Part shown: positions 11,376 to 20,378 of the stretch, piece after piece
Layout: each line of letters starts with the position of its first letter
How positions within the stretch are numbered: the first letter of the stretch is position 1
Assembly (NCBI GenBank): GCA_002417975.1
Contig: DIDE01000061.1
Coordinates: 828-64,827 of the forward strand
From: Eggerthellaceae bacterium UBA5808
Lineage (GTDB): Bacteria > Actinomycetota > Coriobacteriia > Coriobacteriales > Eggerthellaceae
Length of the DNA stretch: 64,000 nt
Reading direction: 5' to 3'
Notes under the pieces: model-generated
The model's database searches: none
What the model was told of the DNA's origin: nothing
The model's input: the letters and a program-made list of their open reading frames with translations, nothing else
Made by a program: the position numbers and the translations under genes

Positions 11376-11630
11376 TTGATGACTCACGTAGCAAAATATA
11401 TTCAAGCCATTCCATCATACGTGGCTATATTTTGTATTCTCTTTTATCGTTCAGTCATTTCTCCCGTTTTCCCTTCCTGTTGCCGTTTTGTTCCTACGTG
11501 TTCAGAATACGGTCTTATTGCCTTTAAACGTTTTGGATTTATACAGGGGTTTAAACTTACATTCAAAAGAATCCTTCGTTGTCACCCGGGTGGTTCTTAT
11601 GGATATGATCCTGTTCCTGAACATATTTGA
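11376..11630 (+). CDS. yidD: Membrane protein insertion efficiency factor YidD
   Basis: 84 aa with YRSVISPVFPSCCRFVPTCSEYG...RILRCHPGGSYGYDPVP, the YidD hallmark. Confidence 0.93.
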   Translation: MMTHVAKYIQAIPSYVAIFCILFYRSVISPVFPSCCRFVPTCSEYGLIAFKRFGFIQGFKLTFKRILRCHPGGSYGYDPVPEHI

Positions 11631-11663
11631 TATACGACGCACCTGAGGGAAGGAACCTTTTTC

Positions 11664-12431
11664 ATGTGGGACGCCTTTAAAAACTTTATCTTTGATATTA
11701 TCCAGTTTTGCTATAGCTTTCTTGGCGACTGGGGATTAGCTATCTTGTTTGTCACGCTTATCTTCCGTCTCTTAATTACTCCTCTTATGAAGAAGCAAAT
11801 TAAGTCTTCTTACCAGATGCAAAAAATGCAGCCTTTAATGGCGGAGGTTCAAAAGAAATACGCTGATGATCAGCCTCGTATGCAGGAAGAGATGCAAAAG
11901 CTTTATGCGGAGGCAAAGTTTAATCCATTAGCTGGATGTCTTCCTATGTTGCTTCAGATGCCTATCTTTGCTGCGTTGTTCCAAGTTTTACAAGAAATGA
12001 ATTCACGTGTTGATTCTAGCTATTCCTTTTATAATATAGTTCCTGATCTAACTACTACTCCTTCAGCTGCTGTAAGTGATGGATTCCTCGTCTTTCTTCC
12101 TTATTTAATTCTTCTGTTGATATTTGCTGGTGCAACGTTCTTGCCTATGGTTCTACAACAGATTGGTAATGATAACGCCCAGAAAAAGCAAACGCTTATA
12201 ATGAGTGGAGTAATGACAGTCTTCATGCTGTGGATAGGCTGGGGTTCACCTGCAGGTGTTCTTCTCTTTTGGGGTATGTCATCTGTAATTGGTGTTTTAC
12301 AACAGCAGCTTTCGTATCGTTCGTTTAAACGAGCGGATAAAAAGTCGGAAGATGAAATCATCGATATTAAACCTGTAAAGGTTGATGTAACTCGTAAGAC
12401 GAAAAAGAAGCGTCCAACGAAATCCCGCTAA
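11664..12431 (+). CDS. yidC: Membrane protein insertase YidC
   Basis: 255 aa, multi-TM, short Gram-positive-type YidC (PLAGCLPMLLQMPIF). Basic C-terminal tail; in the rnpA-yidD-yidC context. Confidence 0.9.
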   Translation: MWDAFKNFIFDIIQFCYSFLGDWGLAILFVTLIFRLLITPLMKKQIKSSYQMQKMQPLMAEVQKKYADDQPRMQEEMQKLYAEAKFNPLAGCLPMLLQMPIFAALFQVLQEMNSRVDSSYSFYNIVPDLTTTPSAAVSDGFLVFLPYLILLLIFAGATFLPMVLQQIGNDNAQKKQTLIMSGVMTVFMLWIGWGSPAGVLLFWGMSSVIGVLQQQLSYRSFKRADKKSEDEIIDIKPVKVDVTRKTKKKRPTKSR

Positions 12432-12516
12432 TATTGATTATCCGCGACCTCATCGTTTGATGGGGTCGTTGGCTATAGAGGATATACGCGTATATCACAA
12501 GAAAAGGGAGAGCGTA

Positions 12517-13134
12517 ATGGAACATGTAGACGAACCACAGCAAAGTGTTAATGTAGCTGATTCTACTCAAGAACCGTTTCAAGAAGAATCAACCTCTAAA
12601 GAATGTGATGTAGTACCTGATCAGCAATCTTCTTCAACTGATCAACCGTACGATGATGGTGAAATTTCCGAAGAAGAAATGGACCATATTGCCGACATTG
12701 CCATCTCCTCACTTGAAGGCATTTTGAAATACTTTAATTTAGGTGAAATTACTATTGATGAATATGAAGGCGACGAAGACGAATTAATTCTTGATATTAC
12801 TGGCGATAATCTTGCGGTTTTAATTGGACGTCACGGAAAGACACTTGATGCACTTCAGTTCATTATTTCCTCTATTACGTCGCATACGCTTGGATATCGC
12901 TACCCTATTATTGTTGATGTAGAAGGTTATAAAAATAGACAACGCCAGAAGCTTGAATCACTTGCGTATGCAATGGCTGATAAGGCGATTGACCAGGGGC
13001 GCCCTATTAAAATGCGTCCTATGTCACCATACGATCGACGCATCGTTCATGTTGCACTCCGTGATTATGATGGCGTAACAACGTGTTCTGAAGGCGAAGG
13101 CAACGGCCGAAGGGTTGTTGTTTCACCAGAGTAA
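12517..13134 (+). CDS. jag: Jag/KhpB RNA-binding protein (KH + R3H domains)
   Basis: ATG at 12517 follows a GGGAG RBS. KH-like region (LIGRHGKTLDALQFI) and R3H region (PMSPYDRRIVHVAL). Conserved position after yidC. Confidence 0.85.
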   Translation: MEHVDEPQQSVNVADSTQEPFQEESTSKECDVVPDQQSSSTDQPYDDGEISEEEMDHIADIAISSLEGILKYFNLGEITIDEYEGDEDELILDITGDNLAVLIGRHGKTLDALQFIISSITSHTLGYRYPIIVDVEGYKNRQRQKLESLAYAMADKAIDQGRPIKMRPMSPYDRRIVHVALRDYDGVTTCSEGEGNGRRVVVSPE

Positions 13135-13163
13135 TTTATTTTGGTTCTATAACATATGTTTAG

Positions 13164-13192
13164 AAGGGTGTATTTTATATACACCCTTTTTT
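13164..13192 (+). terminator. Intrinsic terminator after jag
   Basis: The AAGGGTGTA...TACACCCTT stem is followed by a T-run. Confidence 0.7.
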
Positions 13193-13304
13193 ATTGTAAA
13201 CATACGATCTTTTTAATGATTCATTGCATATATGTTTGTTGTTGTGCAATAAGATACACTAGTACGTAGTAATTTTAATTATGTTTTGTTTAAGGTATGG
13301 GTCC

Positions 13305-13988
13305 ATGAAACAGATATATAAATCGCTTGATGAACAGCAGAAACAATTAATTGAGCGACATCTTGATCTAATAATTGATGTTAATAAGCATCTAAATCTA
13401 ACACGAATTCAGACGCGTGAGTCAGGTCAGATCCTTCATGTCGAAGATTCTTTATCTGCGCTGCCTGAGATGAAAAAGGCACCTCAAGGGCTATGGGTTG
13501 ATCTTGGGTCCGGAGCAGGATATCCAGCAATTCCTCTTTCTATAGCACTTCATCGGAATGTTCTGCTTGTTGACTCCGTTAAGAAAAAAATGGCAGCTAT
13601 GGATTCCGTTATTAAGCAACTAAATCTATCTAATATGGTAACAACGTATAATGGTCGTGTTGAAGAACTCGCGCGCGTTCATTCTTCTGAGTTCTTTGTT
13701 GTTACGGCTCGCGCAATTACTAATCTAGCATCACTTTTGGAATTAGCGTCTCCCCTACTTGCTTTACATGGGCAGCTCATCGCTTTTAAAGGTTCTCAAT
13801 CTTCTGAAGAAATAGAGCAGGCAAAAACTTCTGCGGATAAAACAGGTATGGCGCTTGTATCTCAAAGAGATTTCGTATTAAGCGATGGAATATCCACTCG
13901 TTCGATCCTTGTATACGAGAAGATGTCTGAACCTCGTATTACATTACCGCGTCGTAATGGTATGGCTCAAAAACGACCCTTTTGTTAA
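13305..13988 (+). CDS. rsmG: 16S rRNA (guanine527-N7)-methyltransferase RsmG
   Basis: SAM-binding motif DLGSGAGYPAIPLSI. Conserved jag-rsmG-parAB context. The start is probably MKQIYKSL at 13305 (ORF opens at 13281). Confidence 0.88.
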   Translation: MKQIYKSLDEQQKQLIERHLDLIIDVNKHLNLTRIQTRESGQILHVEDSLSALPEMKKAPQGLWVDLGSGAGYPAIPLSIALHRNVLLVDSVKKKMAAMDSVIKQLNLSNMVTTYNGRVEELARVHSSEFFVVTARAITNLASLLELASPLLALHGQLIAFKGSQSSEEIEQAKTSADKTGMALVSQRDFVLSDGISTRSILVYEKMSEPRITLPRRNGMAQKRPFC

Positions 13989-14030
13989 ATAGGACAGCAC
14001 TTTATATAACCAGTAATTATTCCGTTATAG

Positions 14031-14729
14031 TCCTGTATGTTTCACGTGAAACATACAGGACTATTCTTTAATACTAATTACAACTGATTTGTTGGTTATT
14101 TTTTATAAACATTCTTTGTTTAGAAAATCTATTTGTTTCACGTGAAACATAGTCTGTTTTTATTTCTATTCCGATTTGCCGTACAACGTTCTATTCCCAG
14201 GGCAATTGTTTTTTGCTTTTAGAGGTTGTTTCACGTGAAACATATGGTTACTAAATTTATCTATCCACTTCTGAACTGGTGTTATATAAAAGTTGATTCA
14301 CGACAGTAGTTCTATGTACGTATAAAATTACCAACGAAATCATATTATTGTTAGATATCACTTTGGACTCTAAAGGCTTTAGCAATAATCCTTAATATCG
14401 TACTTAGTTGGTCTATTTTTTGTTTCACGTGAAACAAAAAGACTAGAATTACCTAGTGATTGCGTAAAAGAGTTCTTTTAATTCTAAATATTCAGCTTCT
14501 TCTTATCCAAAAAACACGTATACTAAGAAAGGATAACTAGGTCGGATCCATTGTCTGGCTAGTTATTGTATTTTGTCTGTATTGTCACGTTACTATCCCC
14601 TTCTGATTTTGTTTCACGTGAAACAAAATCAGTTTTTGCTGACTGTTTACATTAAATCGGTCATGCTTCACACAAGTTGTGATTTAGCTATAGCTTTACG
14701 TTAGTAGTATTACTGTTTCACGTGAAACA
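14031..14729. promoter_or_regulatory. parS: Array of six perfect parS centromere sites (TGTTTCACGTGAAACA)
   Basis: Exact 16-bp palindromes at 14038-14053, 14134-14149, 14227-14242, 14421-14436, 14610-14625 and 14714-14729. Sites 1 and 5 sit inside perfect 30-bp palindromes (14031-14060, 14603-14632) and site 4 inside a 24-bp one (14417-14440). No ORFs in the region. Confidence 0.9.
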
Positions 14730-14772
14730 TGTTTATCGATTAATAAAGGTCCATAAAGAAAGGAGGTCCTTG

Positions 14773-15867
14773 GTGGGACTATTTAACAGTCACAAAAAGG
14801 ACAAGAAGAATGCGTCAAAGTTTACTGCGTTGGAAGCAACCGAAGAAAACTCTAACGCTGATTTGGCTTATAAAGAAACAACTAGTCAAAGTGATGGGGT
14901 AGAGGAAGATGTTACCTTCTACCAAGAGGATCAAGAAGAAGTTCCCGTTGATGATGAGACTCTCGACGATGATTCGTATAGTGATCAGGATAAAACTGTT
15001 GTTAATGACGAGGATAATGAATCCTCTGCTGATTCCGAAGACGGAATAACTGTTACTCCTATTAAAACGTATGATCAGAAGAAGCCAGTAACGCATGTTA
15101 TTGGATCTACGCAGGTATTTGCGATTATTAACCAAAAAGGTGGTGTTGGTAAGTCAACCACAGCTATTAATTTATCAGCAGCCTTAGGTGCAATGAATAA
15201 GCAGGTATTGCTTATTGATCTTGATCCACAAGGAAACTCGACAAGTGGTCTTGGTATTGATAAGAGCCAAATACCTCATGATGTTTATGATGTTTTACTC
15301 GATGAACTGTCAATTAAAGAGGCAATCATTCCTGATGTAACAAAAGGGCTTGATGTATTACCCGCAACAATTAATCTTGCAGGGGCTGAAGTAGAGCTCG
15401 TTAATGAAATGGCTCGTGAGAACCGTCTTAAGCAGTCAATTGGTGAAATTCGCGGACTGTATGATTATGTTCTTATTGATTGCCCTCCATCATTAGGGTT
15501 ATTAACGGTTAATGCACTTGTGGGTGCGGATAAGCTTCTGATTCCTATCCAATGTGAATTCTACGCATTGGAAGGAGTGACAAAACTCCTTGATTCAATG
15601 AAACGTGTCAAAAACATGCTGAATCCGAGTCTTGATATCTTTGGTGTTCTTCTTACTATGTACGACAGTCGAACAACGTTATCTCATCAAGTTGCCGATG
15701 AAGTCAGAAAATTTTTCAAGAAAACTGTATTTACTACCGTTATTCCACGAACGGTGAAGTTATCCGAAGCTCCTAGCTATGGGCAGCCGATAACAGAATA
15801 TGACCCTAAAGGAAAAGGTGCACAAGCATATCTTTCCCTTGCAGAGGAAGTGATTTCCCGTGGCTAA
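14773..15867 (+). CDS. parA: Chromosome partitioning ATPase ParA/Soj with a long acidic N-terminal extension
   Basis: Deviant Walker A NQKGGVGKSTTAINL. GTG at 14773 lies 6 nt after AGGAGG (14761-14766). The ORF-track start at 14722 lies inside parS site 6. Confidence 0.9.
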   Translation: MGLFNSHKKDKKNASKFTALEATEENSNADLAYKETTSQSDGVEEDVTFYQEDQEEVPVDDETLDDDSYSDQDKTVVNDEDNESSADSEDGITVTPIKTYDQKKPVTHVIGSTQVFAIINQKGGVGKSTTAINLSAALGAMNKQVLLIDLDPQGNSTSGLGIDKSQIPHDVYDVLLDELSIKEAIIPDVTKGLDVLPATINLAGAEVELVNEMARENRLKQSIGEIRGLYDYVLIDCPPSLGLLTVNALVGADKLLIPIQCEFYALEGVTKLLDSMKRVKNMLNPSLDIFGVLLTMYDSRTTLSHQVADEVRKFFKKTVFTTVIPRTVKLSEAPSYGQPITEYDPKGKGAQAYLSLAEEVISRG

Positions 15868-17080
15868 GAACAATAGACGAGGCTTAGGCAGAGGTTTAAG
15901 CTCATTACTAGGGGAGAGCGTCGGTGAAGTGGGAGGACCAAGCGCTCCTGCACCTCATAAAGAACCTGCTCCTACGAAGCTGCAGCCTACGAAGGTAGTT
16001 AAAGAACCCCGTAAAGAGAGCACTGCACAGTCTGTGCCGAATATAACTGAGCACACGCAGGTACGTTCGTCACGCGCAGCGCAGCAGCCTGACTCTTCAT
16101 CGAGAACAAGTCGTCCCACTCAGCAGAAACGCGTGAATCCAGAGCGTGCAGTTGCTGATGCCGAAGTCGTACCGCCTAAACAGCGTTCAGTATCTTCATC
16201 TGCGGAATCGACTGAAGAAACAAATCGTCCGTATATCGAGGAAGACGACCATGTCGTTATTAAAAGCGTGACCGATCGCCCTAAAAAGGAAATTTCCGAA
16301 GTAGCAATTGATCTTGTTGAACCTAATCCTGATCAACCGCGTACCCATTTTAAGCCAGAAGAAATTGAGGAGCTTGCTGCCTCAATTAAAAAAGAGGGGC
16401 TGCTACAGCCAATTCTTGTTCGTAAGGTTGGGTCTAAATATCAGATCATCGCCGGTGAACGTCGTTGGCAAGCATGTAAGTCGCTTGGATCTACTATGAT
16501 TCCAGTAAGGTTCTGGAAAGCTGACGATGATAAGGTTCTTGAGCTTGCTCTAATTGAGAACGTGCAGCGTTCTGATTTGAATCCTATTGAAGAAGCTTAT
16601 GGGTATAAGCGTCTTATGGAGCGCAAGAAGATGACGCAATCAGAACTTGCAATTGCTGTCTCTAAGGGTCGATCCACTATTGCCAATGCTTTGCGTTTAC
16701 TTGATCTACCTGAAGATGCACAGCAGATGCTGTTCGAAGAGAAGATAACCGCAGGTCATGCCCGTGCTATTCTTTCTGTGCCAACACAAGAAGGACGCAA
16801 CAAACTAACAAAAAAGCTGAGTGAAGAGAAGCTTTCTGTTAGAGAGACTGAAGCTCTCGCGCGTTTGTTTGCAGGTAAGTCAAAAGCTACGGACTCACTA
16901 AAAAAGCGTCAGCCGCTGCCTGATGTGTTTAAGAAGGCTGCTAAAGAATTACGGCAGTCATTACAAACAAACGTTCGTATTAAAACGGTTAAAGGTAAAA
17001 ATAAGATCGAAATTGAATTTAAAGACGAAGAAGAGTTGCAACGTCTGTTTGAATCGATGACAAATTCACAGGCTGAATAG
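15860..17080 (+). CDS. parB: Chromosome partitioning protein ParB/Spo0J
   Basis: N-terminal GLGRGLSSLL, ParB box PNPDQPRTHF...IIAGERRWQA and HTH SELAIAVSKGRSTIANALRLL. About 150 aa of disordered linker. The start overlaps the parA stop. Confidence 0.93.
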   Translation: MAKNNRRGLGRGLSSLLGESVGEVGGPSAPAPHKEPAPTKLQPTKVVKEPRKESTAQSVPNITEHTQVRSSRAAQQPDSSSRTSRPTQQKRVNPERAVADAEVVPPKQRSVSSSAESTEETNRPYIEEDDHVVIKSVTDRPKKEISEVAIDLVEPNPDQPRTHFKPEEIEELAASIKKEGLLQPILVRKVGSKYQIIAGERRWQACKSLGSTMIPVRFWKADDDKVLELALIENVQRSDLNPIEEAYGYKRLMERKKMTQSELAIAVSKGRSTIANALRLLDLPEDAQQMLFEEKITAGHARAILSVPTQEGRNKLTKKLSEEKLSVRETEALARLFAGKSKATDSLKKRQPLPDVFKKAAKELRQSLQTNVRIKTVKGKNKIEIEFKDEEELQRLFESMTNSQAE

Positions 17081-17110
17081 GTTTCGCCGTTTCCTAGGCA
17101 ATCATAATAT

Positions 17111-17144
17111 AAAGAAAGCTATAGTTGTAACTATAGCTTTCTTT
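17111..17144. terminator. Bidirectional hairpin terminator between parB and rlmN
   Basis: A 16-bp perfect stem, AAAGAAAGCTATAGTT-GT-AACTATAGCTTTCTTT, flanked by A/T runs. Confidence 0.75.
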
Positions 17145-17244
17145 ATTAAGTCTTTACGAACGCATAAGCATTTGAATCTTGTTTATGATGATGAGTGTGA
17201 ACTACAAAATAATCCGCTTAGATGAAATATGCCAAGCGGATTAT

Positions 17245-18303
17245 TTATTTACCTGATTGTGTTTTGAGCTGGCCACATGCACCAGCAATATCTGATCCAC
17301 GAGAGGTTCGTATCGTTGCTTCAATTCCTGCGGCCTCAAGTTGTGTGACCCATGACTTTGCACGGTCACCATGCGAACCATTAAGTGTGTTACCAGGGAT
17401 ATCGTTCATTGTAAGGATATTAATATGAGCTGGTAAACCCTGACAAAAATCAATGAGCGCCCTAAGATCATTTTTTTGGTCATTAACACGATCTATAAGC
17501 ATATATTCGAACGTTATACGTCGACCCGCTTGTTCGTAGTATGTTTCGAGTGCTGCTTTGAGCTTTGTAAGGGGCATAGATGCGCAGTGGGGCATTATAT
17601 GGTTCCGTGTTTTTTGAATTGCGGAATGAAGTGATACTGCAAGAGTGAACTGCTCGGGGATAGCGCCAAACTGCTTAATGCCTTGTGGAATGCCACAGGT
17701 GGAAATCGTAATATGGCGAGCACCAACACCGCAACCATACGATGCATTGAGTATACGAGCGGCTCCAAGTACGTTGTCATAGTTAAGGAACGGTTCACCC
17801 TGTCCCATAAAGACAACATTCGATACGCGTGCATCCATATCTTGTTCGACATGGAGTACTTGATTAACGATTTCGCCTGGATATAAGTTTCTTGTAAACC
17901 CTTCTTGTCCTGTTGCGCAGAAGAGACACGCCATAGGACAACCAACTTGCGTTGATACACAAACTGTAAGTCGTTTACTTGTTCCATCTTCGCTTAAACG
18001 AAGCGAGGGGATACCCACTGTCTCGATGCATTCACCATCAGTAAGCTTAAGAAGATATTTTCTAGTTCCATCATGCGAGATTTGGCGTTTTACGCATGCT
18101 GGCCTATGAAGAGGTGCGTTTTGCTCGAGTTGACTTCTAAGTGAAAGAGGAAGATTGGTCATATCTTCAAAAGATTGTGCGTACTTCTGATATACCCATT
18201 CTATCAGCTGCTTTGTGCGGAAGCGGGGTTGGTGCCACTGCTGTATCAGCGTTGCGAGTGTATCAATTGAGTATGTTTCGAATCCTGTGAGCATAGAGTG
18301 CAT
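17245..18303 (-). CDS. rlmN: 23S rRNA/tRNA adenine-C2 methyltransferase RlmN (radical SAM)
   Basis: Radical-SAM cluster motif GCPMACLFCATGQ, plus ...ISTCGIP...LAVSLH.... The likely start is MHSMLTGF at 18303; the ORF-track N-terminal extension to 18486 looks non-coding. Confidence 0.88.
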   Translation of the reverse strand: MHSMLTGFETYSIDTLATLIQQWHQPRFRTKQLIEWVYQKYAQSFEDMTNLPLSLRSQLEQNAPLHRPACVKRQISHDGTRKYLLKLTDGECIETVGIPSLRLSEDGTSKRLTVCVSTQVGCPMACLFCATGQEGFTRNLYPGEIVNQVLHVEQDMDARVSNVVFMGQGEPFLNYDNVLGAARILNASYGCGVGARHITISTCGIPQGIKQFGAIPEQFTLAVSLHSAIQKTRNHIMPHCASMPLTKLKAALETYYEQAGRRITFEYMLIDRVNDQKNDLRALIDFCQGLPAHINILTMNDIPGNTLNGSHGDRAKSWVTQLEAAGIEATIRTSRGSDIAGACGQLKTQSGK

Positions 18304-18573
18304 TATACCCTGTGAATGTGGAATATACAGAATATCAACAGTGATGAATCCATCTTCATTATTTGAGAATATAGTGATTCTCTGTATAAGAAACTGAATT
18401 TGATATACTTTCGCTGTTCTTCTTATAAAGCTCCAGAGCGTGAATGGCCGTCTACAATGAATATGAACCTTAAGGAAAATATTCAAAATGCGGTGCGTTG
18501 TATGAGTGAATAGTTGCTTAAGATAAGTTAGTAAATGAACGTATATACATACAAAAGAACGGAAGATACCTTT

Positions 18574-19515
18574 ATGTCTATATCCCTTAATCCGAGTCAG
18601 ATGAATGTTGCTTTACTGGCTGGTGGAACAAGTGGTGAACGCGATATTTCGATCGAATCAGGAAAAGGCGCGCTGCAGGCGCTTCAAGAAGCTGGATTTA
18701 ACGTAACGGTTTTTGACCCGGCTAAAAAAGACGACCTCAAGGCTCTCATCGATGGGAATTTTGACGTTGCATTTTTGTGCACGCACGGTCGTTTTGGCGA
18801 AGATGGCACGTTGCAAGGGTTCTTGGAACTTATCGGACTTCCTTATACGGGTCCAGGTGTATGGTCCTCGGCAACTTCAATCAATAAAACGATTTCGAAA
18901 GTTGTTTATAAGCACGCGAACATTCCGACCCCTTCATCAATAAGCTTAACAAGCCGTCACCAATATTCCAACGAGCACATTATTGCTGCTGTTGGCGAAC
19001 ATTGCGTTGTTAAACCTGATACTGAGGGAAGCACGCTTGGAATAACTATTATTACCAAAGCCTCCGAACTCGATGCAGCACTTGATGAAGCATTCAAACA
19101 TGACCGTACTGTTATCGCTGAAAGCTTTGTATCGGGGACTGAGTTAACGGTTGCTGTAATAGGAAATGACGATCCCATCGCATTGCCTGTTATTGAAATC
19201 GTGCCATCTCATAGTTTCTACGATTTTGAATCGAAATATGCACCAGGCGGATCAAAACATATTTGCCCAGCTCCATTGAGCGAAGAGCAGACAAAGCTTG
19301 TACAAGATTTGGCTTTGCAATCACATAAGGCTCTCCAGTGCAGTGGTATGTCACGTACTGATATTATCATCGACGGTATGACTGCGTGGGTGCTTGAAAC
19401 TAATACGGTTCCAGGAATGACAGCAACCTCATTGCTTCCTGATGCAGGTGCAGCTGCAGGAATTTCTTTCCCAGAACTGTGCACGAAGCTGATCGGATAT
19501 GCGCTCGAAAAATAA
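18574..19515 (+). CDS. ddl: D-alanine--D-alanine ligase
   Basis: ATP-grasp protein with LLAGGTSGERDISIESG, HGRFGEDGTLQG and LETNTVPGMTATSLLP. The likely start is MSISLN at 18574. Confidence 0.92.
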   Translation: MSISLNPSQMNVALLAGGTSGERDISIESGKGALQALQEAGFNVTVFDPAKKDDLKALIDGNFDVAFLCTHGRFGEDGTLQGFLELIGLPYTGPGVWSSATSINKTISKVVYKHANIPTPSSISLTSRHQYSNEHIIAAVGEHCVVKPDTEGSTLGITIITKASELDAALDEAFKHDRTVIAESFVSGTELTVAVIGNDDPIALPVIEIVPSHSFYDFESKYAPGGSKHICPAPLSEEQTKLVQDLALQSHKALQCSGMSRTDIIIDGMTAWVLETNTVPGMTATSLLPDAGAAAGISFPELCTKLIGYALEK

Positions 19516-19576
19516 TAGGTACGCGTTTGCTGCCTGTGTTAGTACACTTACGTACGTCTTAAATAATGAATCAGTA

Positions 19577-19607
19577 AAGGAGGGACGGAAAATTTCCGTC
19601 CCTCCTT
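19577..19607. terminator. Bidirectional hairpin terminator between ddl and the convergent gene
   Basis: AAGGAGGGACGGAAA / TTTCCGTCCCTCCTT perfect inverted repeat. Confidence 0.75.
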
Positions 19608-19664
19608 GCGTTGTCTATTTAAACTTAGATATGCGTTACAGGTTCAATTAACGATGAATCATTA

Positions 19665-20306
19665 TTAGCCAAAAAACTGTTTGAAAAGTATGACAATTAA
19701 GGTAACGACGATGATAATAAAGAGCCAGCCGATAATCATGCAGCCTGGTTTTCGCTGTCTTGCCAGTTCAATCATCTTTTCGTTAAACGTTCGATGACTC
19801 TTAAGTAGTACGTCGCCATGTTCGAGCTTTAAGGGTGACACACGATCGGTGGGAGTCCATTCACCCTTGCTGTCGATTAATGAGGCAATTGAATCCTCAG
19901 ATAAATCGACTGCGACACGTGTCCCATCCATAAGCATTGTTTGAACATGTGATCTAAACGTATCGAAAGCTGATTTCTCCCGATCGGTATAGGCTAGAAT
20001 TGCTACTTCGCCCCAGTAATGACCAGGATCGGGCGTATCACTAAAACATACACCACTAAGAATTGCGCTGATATGCATACCACGTGCGATGCAAAGCTGC
20101 AGCTTATACGTGATATCTGCATCAAAGTAACCAGTCTTTTTATCGAATCGATTAAATATGCAGGCAACGGGATCAGCATCATCGCGGACCATGCGTACTT
20201 CAAATAAGTCGCCAATAAGATCATCGGCACCCATGAGTTGCGCGCCAACTTTTTTATCTTCCGTCAGGAACTGACAATAGAATCCCTGATACAGATTTGA
20301 GGGCAT
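19665..20306 (-). CDS. Hypothetical protein with a single C-terminal transmembrane anchor
   Basis: 213-aa ORF. The C-terminus (CMIIGWLFIIIVVTLIVILF) is strongly hydrophobic. No motif I recognise. Confidence 0.55.
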   Translation of the reverse strand: MPSNLYQGFYCQFLTEDKKVGAQLMGADDLIGDLFEVRMVRDDADPVACIFNRFDKKTGYFDADITYKLQLCIARGMHISAILSGVCFSDTPDPGHYWGEVAILAYTDREKSAFDTFRSHVQTMLMDGTRVAVDLSEDSIASLIDSKGEWTPTDRVSPLKLEHGDVLLKSHRTFNEKMIELARQRKPGCMIIGWLFIIIVVTLIVILFKQFFG

Positions 20307-20378
20307 ACAGTGTGCTCCTTATTGTTGAATGTCGTTTCCAGTCGTTTGTAATCACCCTGCGGGCTACAATATAGAACC

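Noticed and set aside
14722-14772. ORF-track start of parA at GTG 14722
   Set aside because: That GTG is the central CGTG of parS site 6. A GTG at 14773 with a perfectly spaced AGGAGG is a far better start.
17245-18486. Full 413-aa ORF-track extent of rlmN, and the 5' extensions of ddl (18535), jag (12457), rsmG (13281), cas3 (58027), the DUF364 gene (30516) and the ABC ATPase (44709)
   Set aside because: The N-terminal extensions have non-protein-like composition or overlap the upstream gene or terminator. Internal Met codons that align with conserved family N-termini, most of them preceded by an RBS, were preferred.
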